DNA of 58,995 bases, from NCBI GenBank assembly GCA_000934665.2, contig JYFJ02002324.1, forward strand, positions 1 through 58,995, written 5' to 3'. Numbering within the stretch: the first letter of the stretch is position 1; every line of letters begins with the position of its first letter. This document shows positions 25,291 through 37,550 of the stretch, piece by piece. The stretch is from Catajapyx aquilonaris (Eukaryota). A program made the translations under genes and the position numbers. Under the pieces are notes generated by a model. The model was not told where the DNA came from. It made no database searches and saw nothing but the letters and a program-made list of their open reading frames with translations.

Positions 25291-25471
25291 TATAAATATT
25301 ATGATCTCTTAGTGGGATGAGTAGTGGCTACAATTTGCAATTCAATTAGATATCGCATGGAATTACCCCCATCCTTTCATATCCCGTGGTCCTTATTCTG
25401 TTGGTATCATGCCCCCTTCATGAAGTGTGATTAAACATGATTTTATATTCAGTATACCAAGTAAAGAAATA

Positions 25472-25909
25472 CTACGGACTCTCAGCCTCATCTGACTCCT
25501 CTTTTATCTCCTTCTTGGAAGCCTTCTTCTCCTGCCTCCTCTTTGCAGCTTCCGACTTCTTCAGCTGCTGCTTTTTCTTGTAACCTAGAAATAATCAGGC
25601 TGAAACTGAGCCTCGCTGTTGCAAGTGCACCAACTTACTTGCAAGAAATTCAGTCAGCGTATCCTTAAATTCTTCAAGATGCATAGAATCCATGGCCTTT
25701 ATGACATCATCACTGGAGATCATTTTACGAGAATCTTTAGCTGCTAGACTGCTGGCTTGAGAGGTGGCGTAGAGGATGAAAATAGTGGCTGCTCTCATGA
25801 TGGCATGACGAGCATCTTTGGACACAGTAACACCGCTTGGAAGGGTATCACTGATAAGGCGACCAATTGCCTGGTTGGGCAGTATCAGGTCATGAAGGTT
25901 CTCCGCCAT
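25472..25909 (-). CDS. POLE3: DNA polymerase epsilon subunit 3 / CHRAC17 histone-fold protein (127 aa)
   Basis: Exons 25909-25639 and 25584-25472 with a 54-nt GT-AG intron. MAENLHDLILPNQAIGRLISDTLPSGVTVSKDARHAIMRAATIFILYATS...RKMISSDDVIKAM is the NF-YB-type histone fold of POLE3, followed by a Lys/Glu-rich tail. Confidence 0.92.
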
Positions 25910-26303
25910 TGTGTCTAGGTGGATAAAATATGCATCAATATGTGAATCCAACTACATTACATTATTTGAACCAATTAAGAGCCTTGGTATCAACTGATAT
26001 TTTCATGTTTGGTTGCATCAATGAATTCAAGTGGTGGGTGCATAATAAAAGGGAAATGAGCTGAACATTTTCAGATTTCAGGCACTCATCACCACAGGTC
26101 AATGACATGGCTGAGGTGACTGACAGCATGTGGTCAGAAATAAGTCACAAAAGTGACAATGTAGAGGCTCAAATTGACACGAACAATCGCAATGTACATG
26201 CTAAAGTTGTCTGCAATATGGCAATGCTTCATAAATTGCATGTGTGAAGATGATTAACTTTTCATGGCCATCATTTTGTTGGTTGACTAGGCACCATAAA
26301 ATA

Positions 26304-26309
<6 letters not shown>

Positions 26310-26365
<56 letters not shown>

Positions 26366-26617
26366 GATACCCCGTGATAGGCCCCTTGGGCCTCTTAGGG
26401 GATCATCTTTTGAATACCCGACTTTAATCATTTGCCTGAAATGTGATGGATTTTGATAGTGGGAGGAAACGGGAGAACCCCGAGAAAACCCACGCGAACA
26501 CGGAGAGAACCCATCGAAACTCTATCCACATAAGTATCCTCCGTCCGACCCGGGGATCGAACTCGGGACCTTAGAGGTGGAAGGCTGCGGCGCTAACCAC
26601 TCGGCCACCGTGTCGCC
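26310..26617 (-). mobile_element. tRNA-derived SINE family A (V-domain-like), full length
   Basis: Head GGCGACACGGTGGCCGAGTGG...GAGTTCGATCCCC, (ATT)n tail, and TSD ATAAAATAATATAA at 26296-26309 and 26618-26631. Confidence 0.9.
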
Positions 26618-26977
26618 ATAAAATAATATAAAATACACTACTTTGAAAATGCCCAGTGCTGTCCGAGTGAGCATGGGCTCGGTCATGAACACATCTGCAT
26701 TGTCAGTGTCAAAACAATTTCCCCTGGCTGCATTAACATTCTCTTGCTTTCACCATTACGGCAACTCGCATAATGAGAAAATGACCTATCCGGCCAGTGC
26801 CAAGCCCATTTGCAACTGGAAAGCACTGTTGTCCTGCATGTTTTGGTACTTTTCTGTTAACTGCATGCCAATAGTTGATTGTTGGTAAGCGCTGCCAAGC
26901 TGTTTCCCGTAGGCCTAATAGTCAGAAGGTTAGAATCAAATCAACTACTGGCGTGGGCGGAAAAGCATCCATGTTTA

Positions 26978-27160
26978 AGGCCCATACACACAGGCCGTTG
27001 ACGGTTCTAGTTTTTGGTTGCGTTGACGCCGCGCACCAATCATGACCCATGTAAACAAGCTCTAAACAATGGGTTGCCCTTGTTTACATGAGTCATGATT
27101 GGTCCACGGCGTCAACGCGACCAAAAACCAAAACCGTCGACGGCCTGTGTGTATGGGCCT
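26978..27160. mobile_element. PIF/Harbinger MITE
   Basis: TTA|AGGCCCATACACACAGGCCGT ... ACGGCCTGTGTGTATGGGCCT|TTA; the whole element is palindromic. Confidence 0.85.
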
Positions 27161-27405
27161 TTACATGACAACCACACAATCCAGTTACGCCTACAATATT
27201 AACAGTAATTGGCATGTATTGTGCTGGCCACACATATCCCATGAATTGCTGGTATCACGTGGTTAGCAACTCCAATGTAACTCTCATTTGCCAGCCCATC
27301 TTATAATACAGACTGGCTGTACGTTGAACTTGCATGTCAAGCATTGCAACCTGTAGCATGTCATCATGCCCATAGTTAGGTAGGGGAACTACGGAAATGT
27401 CTCAC

Positions 27406-27570
27406 CTCCAAGTTGCGGTACTGTTGCTATCTAGTCCCACTTTTATCGCAGTCCTGACCAACTCGTATGCTGGAGAGATAGAGATGGTTGCCGTTCCTGT
27501 ACCGGTACCGCCCCAAGCCCCACTGTTGCCAACAGTAGGGTGGATGGATTTCAATATTAAATTACTTGCG
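27406..27570 (-). other. Probable non-coding first exon of POLE3
   Basis: Minus-strand GAG|GTGAG donor at 27405 and a TTTTATCCACCTAG acceptor just upstream of the POLE3 ATG. The 5' boundary is approximate. Confidence 0.4.
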
Positions 27571-29328
27571 CGGCAAATCGTCGAGCAGTAAAGGGTGAGT
27601 CAAAGCTCGGTTCAGCTCACGGTTCAGCCACATGTAGGGCGGAAATGTAAAAAATGACTGTTTCTCGCAACGTTTCTCGTCTAGTCGTGGCCGGGTCGCG
27701 GTAAAAGTGTGTTTTTTGTTGCACCACATCGCATAAAGTTGTGATTTTTCACTCATTTTACGCTGCCAGGGCTTTGAATGGAGTCCCGTAACTTCTGAAC
27801 CCCGCAAGTGAATCCAAATGTGATGGGTGATTTCGGAACCTCTTTTAACGGCCTTTCATGATACGGCATTGAAAATTGCCGGAAGTAAAAAATTTTGACT
27901 TCAAGATGGCGGCGAAACTTTGATTTTAATATTCCTCAACGTTGGCCATTTTTGAGATTTTTTGAATGGCACTCAAAATGAACCTTGAATTGTGTGCTTC
28001 ATATTTCCGAAGAGTTTAGGAGGAGATTTTTGGAATCTGACCCGCTAGAGGGCGAAAATGCAGCCGGCACGCGTTTTCGACCTGGAGGACCATAACACCC
28101 AGAAGATCGGGTTAAATCTTAAACTTGATATGTGCATTGTAAATGTGTTTTCACGCTCTGTGAGATGGTTATTATCCCTATATATATAAAGCTCAAAATT
28201 TGTACATATATTTATTTATTTATTTATTTATCACGCCTAATTAAGCCGCTTCCCGGGCACGGAGAGCGCTCAAATTTCGCAGAGCCATGTCTTACATATC
28301 ACTGACCCCGAGAAAAGTCTCAAACCCGAACCTTTTTGAGTCTAAGGGGGGTTTTCAGCAGATTAAGCAATTGCCTAGCAACCCTGGCTGTCAACAAGCC
28401 CAAAGGATATGGATCTGCCTCTCTCATCACTCACGTTCTAAAATGAAATCAACATTGCATATTCAACAATGAAAACAATAGAACAACGGGCAGGTTATTG
28501 GCAAGAATAATAATTGCAGTACACGTAGCAAGGGGGTAATCACTTCGGTACTCCGGTGTACACCTGGGAGTGGTACTCCCTGGTACGCCTCAGGCACCTC
28601 CTTGGTACTCCTTGAATTTGGTACTCCAGTGTACACTTTTCAGTCGAGTGATTACCCCCCTTGACACGTAGGGTATCGTAACAATTAACGGTTGGAGTAC
28701 TTCGGGGAGTGCCGAGATCAACAATACCGAACAATACAGTACTGCACAGTTCATATATCGATAGAACCTGCCACAAGGCACCAGGAAACACAGAGGAAAG
28801 AAGAGCAGGTATACGTTCGTGTGTTTGGTCTCAGAAGTGTTGGAGTGATGCCTTCATGTTCAGATTGTGTTATCATCATATATTTATATATAAAAAATCT
28901 GCTACAAAATTTTCAAATGTACGGTAATTTTAAAACCGGGGTTAATGCGAAACGGCGTAAAACGGGTACTTCCCGCATGGGAAATCTTTCTTGGCCACTT
29001 CACAACCAGCAAGCTATCATAATTTCCACGTTATCACAATTTTTCAATTTAAAAATTTTATGATGTCATTTTCAAACCGGCGTTAATGTAGAACGGCGTA
29101 AAATGGAGGGGGTGTAAAACGGGTACCTACTGTATTATTTTGATAATATTGGACCTGGACGGTGTTATGCGATAATGCTGCGTCAACCCACGCGAGACCA
29201 GTTTTGAGAAAAAGGGCTTTGAAGGTCATACCCGTGAAATTCAGTGTTCTTTTCGGTCATTTATGGCAGAAGCATGCAGATTATTTCACCAGCGTTATTT
29301 TAACTGAATTAAGTAGGATTCTTTAGGC

Positions 29329-29548
29329 CAGAGGTTCTTAGCCTGGGGAGCCCGCACCTCCAGGGGGTGCGAGGTGGCTTCCCTGGGGGTGCGAGCAAGG
29401 TGCACCTCTGGACTTAATAATCTAACCAAGAGCTAATAACTGGTCTAACTATGAACGTAATCAATCACCCCTGGTAAAGGGGGTGCGACAAGGACCAATA
29501 TATTGTCTACAAAGAGGTGCGGAGGCCCTAAAAGGTTAAGAATCTCTG
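29329..29548. mobile_element. hAT (Charlie-like) MITE
   Basis: TIR CAGAGGTTCTTAGCC / GGTTAAGAATCTCTG with 8-bp TSD CTTTAGGC/CTTTAGGT. Confidence 0.8.
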
Positions 29549-29906
29549 CTTTAGGTGTATGTTCCTGGGCTTGGCTCAATTTTGACATTTTTGTGGGTTG
29601 ACCCATTATTGCATAACACTGTCCAATTATCCCTCCGCTTTCAATCACTTATGTGTACGTTGACTGACACCAAGTTCAACATATGTACCAGACACTACAC
29701 ACGGGTTTGCTGCTATAAATTAATTAAGAAATAACATATTTTGATAATCTACGTATGTAAGGCAAAAAAAAAAAAATTGTTTGCCTGTGGCAACAGAATT
29801 TTGTTGGTGATTACCACAGAAACAGGCCTGTAAATGGTTTCAAATTTTGCACTTCCCCCAATTTTTTAATCCAAATTTTTTATGTCCCCTCCCCCCAATG
29901 TATCTC

Positions 29907-30037
29907 CACCTTGCCGTGGTGGTGGGCTTTCATTTTCCCATGATCCTGAAGAGCTATGCCGGCGGTAGTTTCGTCTACTGGTAGGGCCGCCCAAGTTGGA
30001 CAGGTCTTTGGATAGGAGACAGGCTAAGAGAGATACC
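29907..30037 (+). mobile_element. RTE-clade LINE 5'UTR-like fragment
   Basis: CCTTGCCGTGGTGGTGGGCTT...ATGATCC..AGAGCTATGCC...CTGGTAGGGCCGCCCAAG..GGACAGGTC resembles the conserved 5' region of RTE elements (recalled, not searched). Confidence 0.5.
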
Positions 30038-30520
30038 AGTCTTTCCTCTCTGGTCCTCTTTGTTTCTCTCTCCATCTGTCCCACCTTTTTGTATTCTGAT
30101 AACCACATAGCCATAGTTGCGTGGCTCTTTATTACGCAAACAAACCAGAATTTTTACACCCTTCCAGTGCCTACATAATATGCAAGGGAATGAGCAGTTT
30201 TGCATTTAATATTGCCTGAGATCCGAGATTTCGGTGTAATTATCCACGCCCTTTTTTTCCCCGTGCGAAGAACGGGTACCGCTGCTAGTCATACTAATAA
30301 AATCAAAAATTTTGGATCCAAAATGGAGGCCTAAATTATGCTTTTCGCATTTATCATTAATCTACCCAAGCGATTTGTTTTGAATGGCGTTTGAAATTGT
30401 ACCGGAAATGTTTACTCGAGATTTCCGCAAAATCTGGAGCACATAAATACGATATATGCCAACCATAAAACATTTTGTGCATGTTAGGCCCTTCTGAGAA
30501 AGGAGTCGGTTTCACGATTT

Positions 30521-30838
30521 TTCGATAATTTTTATTGTCGTGTAAGAAGGAGTTTAAAAACTTGTCACGGGGTTATATGATTAATTTGACATTTTTTGAT
30601 CCAGAAATGATTTTAAAACAGCCAATTCAGTAATGGTTTAATTGTTATTATGCCACAATGTCTCAGCTGAGCATTCCAAAACGATTGTGCATAATATATC
30701 TCATTGTGGCATAATAACAATTAAACAATTACTGAATTGGCTATTTTAAAATTATTTCTGGATCAAAAAATGTCAAATTAATCATATAACCCCGTGACAA
30801 GTTTTTAAACTCCTTACACGACAATTAAAATTATCGAA
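30521..30838. repeat. Long inverted repeat (about 140-bp arms, about 40-bp spacer)
   Basis: TTCGATAATTTT...TATGCCACAATG / CATTGTGGCATA...AAAATTATCGAA. Confidence 0.8.
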
Positions 30839-31229
30839 CTTTTTTTAATTTAGTTCATATTTTGGGTTAGCTTGTGGCTCCCTTCATCGCTGACTACCCC
30901 TTATATAGGGAAATGTCGTGATGGTGTTGTTGTTGTTGTTGTTTTGTTGTTGTTGTTATTAAGCAACAATGAGATAGCATCATTATGGCTAAATAACAGC
31001 CAAACCTAAAATAGATTTAAAAATTACTTTTCCTCCCAACCGGCTCGCATGTCGATTACGCCCTTATTCGCCGCATCCCTTTAATTCTTTCACAGTGGAA
31101 GATGATGCTCATTGTACAGTTTACATTACTATCTTGTTTCCATGATTATTTATGTGACGTCTTCAAATGTATGATGTATTTGGTACATATTAGTAGACCT
31201 ACTATTCTTGCATCACCTGAGTCACTTAA

Positions 31230-31516
31230 CTCTGGAACCGTGACGTGCCTGAAAGGTACGGCAACCGTGACGTGGGGTCTGTGAGTAGTCTACCCCATCC
31301 ATATTTTAATTTTTATTAATTTTTATATAATACTTTTCAATGTATTGACTATATGCAATCATTCTTTGAACAATGGTTAAAATGATCGCTAATTCAAAAT
31401 AATCATGCACTTCCTGTTATATAATTTTTTAAATGGCAAATGTTCATTGTCATTATCATTTTAATGCATTTTAATTCCTTTGGGGTCCTAAAAGACCCCG
31501 CGGCACGGTTCCAGGG
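31230..31516 (-). mobile_element. piggyBac-type MITE, shorter copy of 17987-18495
   Basis: TTAA|CTCTGGAAC ... GTTCCAGGG|TTAA; an internal segment of about 150 bp is the reverse complement of 18290-18430. Confidence 0.8.
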
Positions 31517-31595
31517 TTAACAAAATAATGATAGGCTACTAAATTATAGATACCTGTTTGGTGCTCTTGTTTGGCATGATATACTGTGTATGTAT

Positions 31596-31826
31596 TGTCA
31601 GGAACCCCCACCTGCGGGGTCCCTGGCTCCGTACTAGCTCACGGGTTCAATCAAACACGGACACCGGATGAGGTATAAATGTAACTTTAATTGGCCACAG
31701 GCCCGCCTGCACAGTCGCAAAGCGGGGAAGGGAATGTTATATCGGGGAAGGGAAAAGGAAGAAGGCGAACCCCCTCCTCCGACATGGTTGCCACTTTCCC
31801 GGCCACCACGTGGCGGAGTTGCCACA
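31596..31826 (-). mobile_element. Possible solo LTR
   Basis: GC-rich 231-bp island bounded by TGTCA...GCCACA with ATTAAA on the minus strand; no clear TSD. Confidence 0.3.
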
Positions 31827-32702
31827 TGGTGTCACAGTATTCATATAGTCCCATATATAATGGACTCCTGGCGTCTCATCAGTTGTGTGTTGTCACGTCC
31901 CTAACGCCCCTTGTCACGTCCCTAACGCAGTGAATTAGTCAATAATTCGCGATTACTACAATTGTTGGACTACGTAGTAAGTTCGTTATGAATACGAACA
32001 CAGTGGCCATGCAGTGATCCTTGCCTGAGAAAGGCTCATAACCTCACATAATTCGCAGGAATGTCAGATTTTGTGACCCCCCTCCGAACAGGGTGCGCAT
32101 TTCATGTCACGTCCCTAACGCGCACAATAACCCTGCTGGTCCTCTTGTGTGCATTTGAAAGTGGTCACAGTAGGTGAAAGTTCAAATCCTTCTTGTTCCC
32201 TGTGCTGTAGGTATTACATTATCACTTGCATATTACATCGCAGGGCCAGCGATCTGTCCCCAATTGTGCGTGCGATTGTCACGTCCCTAACGCTGGAATA
32301 ATATGGCGCAAGATAAGGAAACTGATTTGTCACAAAGTCACCACGCCTACTGTACTTTTAGTGATTATCGAAAATATCATGTGCGAATATAATTACAGGC
32401 AGACTTGCAAGGATTTTCCGATTGCAAATGGCCCATTTGAATTATCAGCATAAAATTAATGTGAAATATATAAACAATTTTTTCTATGTGTTATTCACCC
32501 GTTGATAGCTACTGTTGCTAACCAGGTTCGAATCAAATCACATGACAACTTGTAAGTATTTACATGCCAAATGAAGCACAGAAATTTTTATTCATATTCT
32601 ATAAATTTCGACTCAATACGAAATGTACCGTACGCTTGGTGTAAAGTGTAGTATGCTCTTTGAAGTCGTGAAACACATGCTGGGTGTAAATATTTCGGAA
32701 AT

Positions 32703-35242
32703 TCACACAGTGCTAGTCTCATTCTTGATCACTGCCCACTCTGGGAATTCATCGAAGCCGTAGACCAAGCGTCCTACTGTGTTGATGTAAATGGTCAGTG
32801 TTATAAAACACAAAACCTTCACTACGACTCCAATCTTAATCTGGACATAAAGAAAAAAAAATGTAAATCGTTGTCACAACTAAATTCATTAACTATATTA
32901 TTATTATTCTATTCATAAGCCTAATGTTGCGAACTGACCATATCCTTAGAAGTCAGCCTGGCCACGTCATAAATAATGGCATTAGCTGGTGTTGCTGATG
33001 GCAGCATGAACGCATAGGAAGATGCAAAGGTGACTGGCATCAAGACATACAGAGGATGCAGTTCAGCTGACAAGCTCAGCTGGGTGACAATTGGCAACAA
33101 AATATTGGTTGTAGCTGTATCGGAGGCCACTTCAGTGAGAATCAGCGACGTGAAGGACACTGCTAGGACAACAATCCAGCTATCTAGTTTCTTCCCGATA
33201 GGCTGCAGGTATTCAGCAATTACGTCATTGAGGTGGGATGCAGTGAACCCGCTGGACATGGCCAATCCACCCCCCATCAGTATTATGACTCCCCACGGCA
33301 TCTTCTCCTGGACCACTCTCCAACTCAGAAGAGAAGGTGTTGGCCATACCTTGTTCCACTCTCGCCTGCAGATGGCCTTCAGAAACTGGATATTGGCGGG
33401 CAAAATAAAAAGAGCCAAAGCTCCTGCCACAGCTACAGTTCCATCTGTTGCAAAGCCATGCCTGCATAAAGAGTACCATATTTATAAGATGTCATACACC
33501 CGAGAATATAAGTTCCTATTTAATGACCCCTTGCAACCCCTTTGCTACCTACAATACACTAGGCCTATACTTACTGAATATTTAGATAATATTTCCAGCC
33601 ATGAAAGAATCCTGGTTCTCTAAAAAACCATCCCAAAACCATTAAAATGAAGACTGACATTATGCTGACTTGTTGGAAAGTCATGCCACCCATATCCTTC
33701 AGTGCCTTCTTGAAATAAGTCTCTACACCAAGAGACTTTTGTTCTTCTGCTTCGCCAGTGAGGCCTCTAAAAATAATTAGAGCCGGTGTCCAAGGACCAT
33801 AAGGCACAATGATATTGTCCGTGATTTTCAGTACATTAGGAGGATGTAAGCTTTATACTATATTATGTTGCTATTTTGCTAGTTTACCCTGATAAGTTAG
33901 ATAGAAAATCATCTATGCAAAGTTAGTGAAGTATGGTAATAAGTATCTTATTAGTATTGCAATGCATAATTTTACAGTGTTATAGTTACAAAATTAATAT
34001 ACTTATCAGATCAGTTCACACTCACATTCTGGCTCGTTTTAGTAGAAAGGCAAGCCAGATAAAGGTGAGAGCAATTTGAATCACCATCAGAGGAGAACTA
34101 ATCGCCATGAAAGTAGCATAGGAGACCCCAGTGTCTTTTTCAAAGGTCCTGCAAGCAAGAACGTGTATAAGTAGTAACTTGTTATGATTTTTTAAAAAGT
34201 CACCCATTACTCACTCTTCCAGTTTGCTTTGATAAAGCATGTTAGGCATCGTCCCAGTAAGGGTTCCTGTTCCTCCAAGTGTGGCAGAGTAGGCAACTCC
34301 AATATAAAAGATGATACGTGTTTCTTTCATGGTTCGTTGTCGGAGTTGCAATGCAGTTTCACATGCACTAGTGTTGGGAACTACTATTGGCAAAAGGCCC
34401 AGGGATGTAACATGACTTAGTCCTCTGCCACGACGCATGTCGCACTTGCGTCCCCACATCATTCTCCATAGACCTTCCCCGCAACCTACACAACTTCTCC
34501 TTAGTATTTCACAACATCTCCGTTTCTGATGTTTAATGCTACAGCTTAAGTCAGTGCTGTAACTAGAGTTGACAGGGAGTAGATTTAATGACTGAACATC
34601 TGCAGCGGACAGTCGACGTCGATCAGTGACCAAGTTCTGATATAGGTTCTCCTCTGCCATCTCTTCAGCACTCGCCAGCTGCTCAACTACTGTTCCAACA
34701 ATAGGCAACATCATGGAAATAGCTGCCATATTAGTTATAAACATAGACATTACAGATGTAGCCATCATCATACTAAGAAGTATCTTTAGAGGGCTCTTTC
34801 CACACCAGAGAAGCATGCGTAAGGCTAGTCGGCGATGCAGGTTGCAGTGCTCAACGGAAATGGCCACAATAAGTCCTCCAAAGAACAAGAAGATCACGGG
34901 TTTCATATAAGCAGCTCCAGTTTTCTCCATATTTTGAATGCCCATCAGTGGAAATAGGAGAACTGGCAGTAGAGCAGTGACAGCTAAAGGCATGACTTCT
35001 GCGACCCAGTAAGTGGCCATCAGGATGACTACGAAAGCGCAACGTGCGGGCTTGCTATCTGGCCATGTCACTAACATTGGTAGTAGAGCTAGTGGTGTTC
35101 CTATCAGGATCCACGCACGCCAGAACAAACCAATTCGATTCCATGAACCAACTGGCTTACCCTCTGGATTATTTGAATCATCCCTGTCCTCTTCAACATC
35201 TCTGTCTGCATTTGGTTCTGGCTCTGGAGCTAGGCGAGTCAT
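32703..35242 (-). CDS. Indy: SLC13/DASS-family di/tricarboxylate transporter, Indy-like (667 aa)
   Basis: Exons 35242-34215, 34148-34026, 33766-33575, 33461-32939 and 32840-32703 splice in phase. Motifs [80 protein letters not shown] and C-terminal FPEWA are typical of SLC13A2/3/5 and Indy. Confidence 0.93.
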
Positions 35243-35403
35243 CTTGAAGCTTGGAATAGTCCAGGCAGATTACTCCCCTGTTGCTTTAAAATAACTTTTT
35301 CCCCAACCAGAAAATTGGAAGCCTAGGATACCATTTTCAACAGTAGGCGTACAGTGTTGTCATTACAATCAATTATTCATGGTTGGTTAATATTGTTGTG
35401 AAC

Positions 35404-35664
35404 ACCAAAGCAGGTTGGTGTAGGGGTTAAGGAGTCCGCCTGCTAATCGGGAGGTCCTGGGTTGGATTCCCGGGGCCGGAGATCCTGACCGTGGTTTTCT
35501 ATGGTTTTCCACGGTCCCCCCAGGATAATTCCGGGGTCGTCTCCGTATAATAGGCCACAGCCGCTTCCTTCCTTCCCTATCCTTGGCCCCATCCAATGGT
35601 GGTACTCCACCCCCTTAACGGAGCACCGATTCTCCCAATGGGGTAAAATCAATCAATCAATCAA
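35404..35664 (+). mobile_element. tRNA-derived SINE family B with (ATCA)n tail, about 160 bp upstream of the SLC13 ATG
   Basis: Colinear with the reverse complement of 4230-4482. Confidence 0.85.
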
Positions 35665-37550
35665 CAAATAAAAAATTCTCGTGGACGGGGCCAAATCAGC
35701 GTGTTTTCGTAAATTTCATTGAAGGAATCCGGATAGCGTCAGTACGAATTATTAGGGGCATTAGGGTCATTCCCACATGTCACGGCGATCATGATCCTTA
35801 CCCCCGGAGCAGAGTGTACAAAATAATTCGTGGTTGAAGCATTTATTTTCTATTGGCTGTTTTTTTCTTAATCAGTAAATCGTCATATGACTCGTATCTT
35901 CCGTCACTGCGCCTGGTTACAGCTGCAAAATCCCCAGGTCGTTCACTAACTACTCCTCTGAAGACATACCTGGGAATCGGAGGAAGAGACAACATCGTGG
36001 TTACAATATTTGAATGACCCAAAATGGAAAGGGCATTAGTCCACCATTTGGCCAAAATGACTTTGTCGCGGAAGCAGGCTCTTCAGTATGGAGCGCATAA
36101 GATCCAGAATGAGAGGAAGAGAAAGCCCCCATCCTGGCCACCCATATGCTATATTTAAGCATGTCATATTTGCCTCCAGAATGGAAAAGGCGGAAGTCCT
36201 GGACTTACACCATTTCCATGCTTAAATTGCTGGTTAGGAATGAAAAGTCCATCGTGACTTCTACCTGTCAGAGGGCACAGCTTTCTTACCTTGTGACAGG
36301 TGTTTCGCAGTTATTATTGATAAAATGAAACGCAAGAGGGAGAAGGCGGAGGTACTACAAGTTTGGCATGACATGGTTCAGGAGAAATACGTTCTCACCA
36401 TTATGACAGGGGAACATTTCAAGGATTACAAGGGGCACTATAGCAGAGCTTCTTTAAAAAGACTGTCACATACAACGACAATAGGTTCAGTATTTCAAAG
36501 TACAAGCAACTTACCTACAGTTTTTTTTTCTTTACCCCATTTGGCTGTCATGCCAACAACTTACCTATAGTTAGTATAGTAGTTCTCATGAGTTTGAGGT
36601 AAAGACTTCAGAAGCCATGAATGGTGAACCATCGTATTTCTTCATAACTTGCAAACCAAAGGTAAAATAAATAACCTTTCTAAGGGAGGCGCTATATGGG
36701 GAGGCATTACCCATAAAGCCCTGGAAACTCAGAGATGTTTTGAAACTCTGTAAGTATTTAACAAGTGGCGCACAGTCTCTCTATAATTCACTAACTAAGG
36801 ACAAAACAGGGGGAGAGGAATCTGAGGGCGACAGTGACTGAGGGCATAATGTTGCTGCCTTGGTGGGAAATGATACTAATATCCCCTCTCAAAACCAAGG
36901 ACGTATGGTAGATATGTGTCATTATCCGGTAAATACCTGCATGTATTCAGAAAAACGTTGAAGTAAACTATTTGCGTATATCAATGAGTGTATTATTTTG
37001 TGTTACTTATGTCCTCATGTGGCAGAACGGCACAGATTTCCTCATCCTCCCATCATTCAGAATGAAAATGATGTAAGTCCCGTCCCTTTAAATCGCTCGT
37101 GCGCATCAGTAGGGGAAGCGCTTGTACCTTGGGACAATTTTTACATAAACATTTTTAACTTTGGAAATATCTGTTACTAGTCCTTTATTTATGAGCCAGT
37201 AGATAAAGCACATATTATGGATTAATCATATATTTTCATGTGGGCTAGTATCAACTTCTTGATCACTTTTAAAAATAAATACGGAACCTCTGCAACTGTC
37301 CCAAGGTACAAGAGTAGTAGTGTACCTTAGGCCATAGCTAGGGATGTGTACTCTACCTTGGGACAACAACAAAATGAAATATGAGAGTGGGCTACTTCCA
37401 AATAATTATGTCCTTGTTTATTTTAATCCAGGTACATTTTGTATGCATGTAGCTCCGTATAATATGTGAACAGTTTACATTTGGTGTGGAGTAATCAAAT
37501 TTAAAAATATGAGGGCACACACACACCTAGGAATGATAAGATCCTACTAA

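Larger units (their letters stand above)
28175..30288 (+). mobile_element. Non-autonomous Helitron with nested insertions
   Basis: A|TCCCTATATATATAAAG 5' end, (ATTT)n near the 5' end, 3' hairpin CCCGTGCGAAGAACGGG followed by CTAG|T. It sits between A and T with no TSD. Confidence 0.7.

Noticed and set aside
27903..27913. AAGATGGCGGC as the start of a gene divergent from POLE3
   Set aside because: No ORF or downstream exons follow, and the motif lies in transposon-like sequence.
31891..32293. CRISPR-like repeat-spacer pattern
   Set aside because: Spacer lengths are highly irregular (4 to about 175 bp), the context is eukaryotic and no cas genes are present.
33030..33623. 197-aa plus-strand ORF
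   Set aside because: It is an antisense shadow of SLC13 coding exons.
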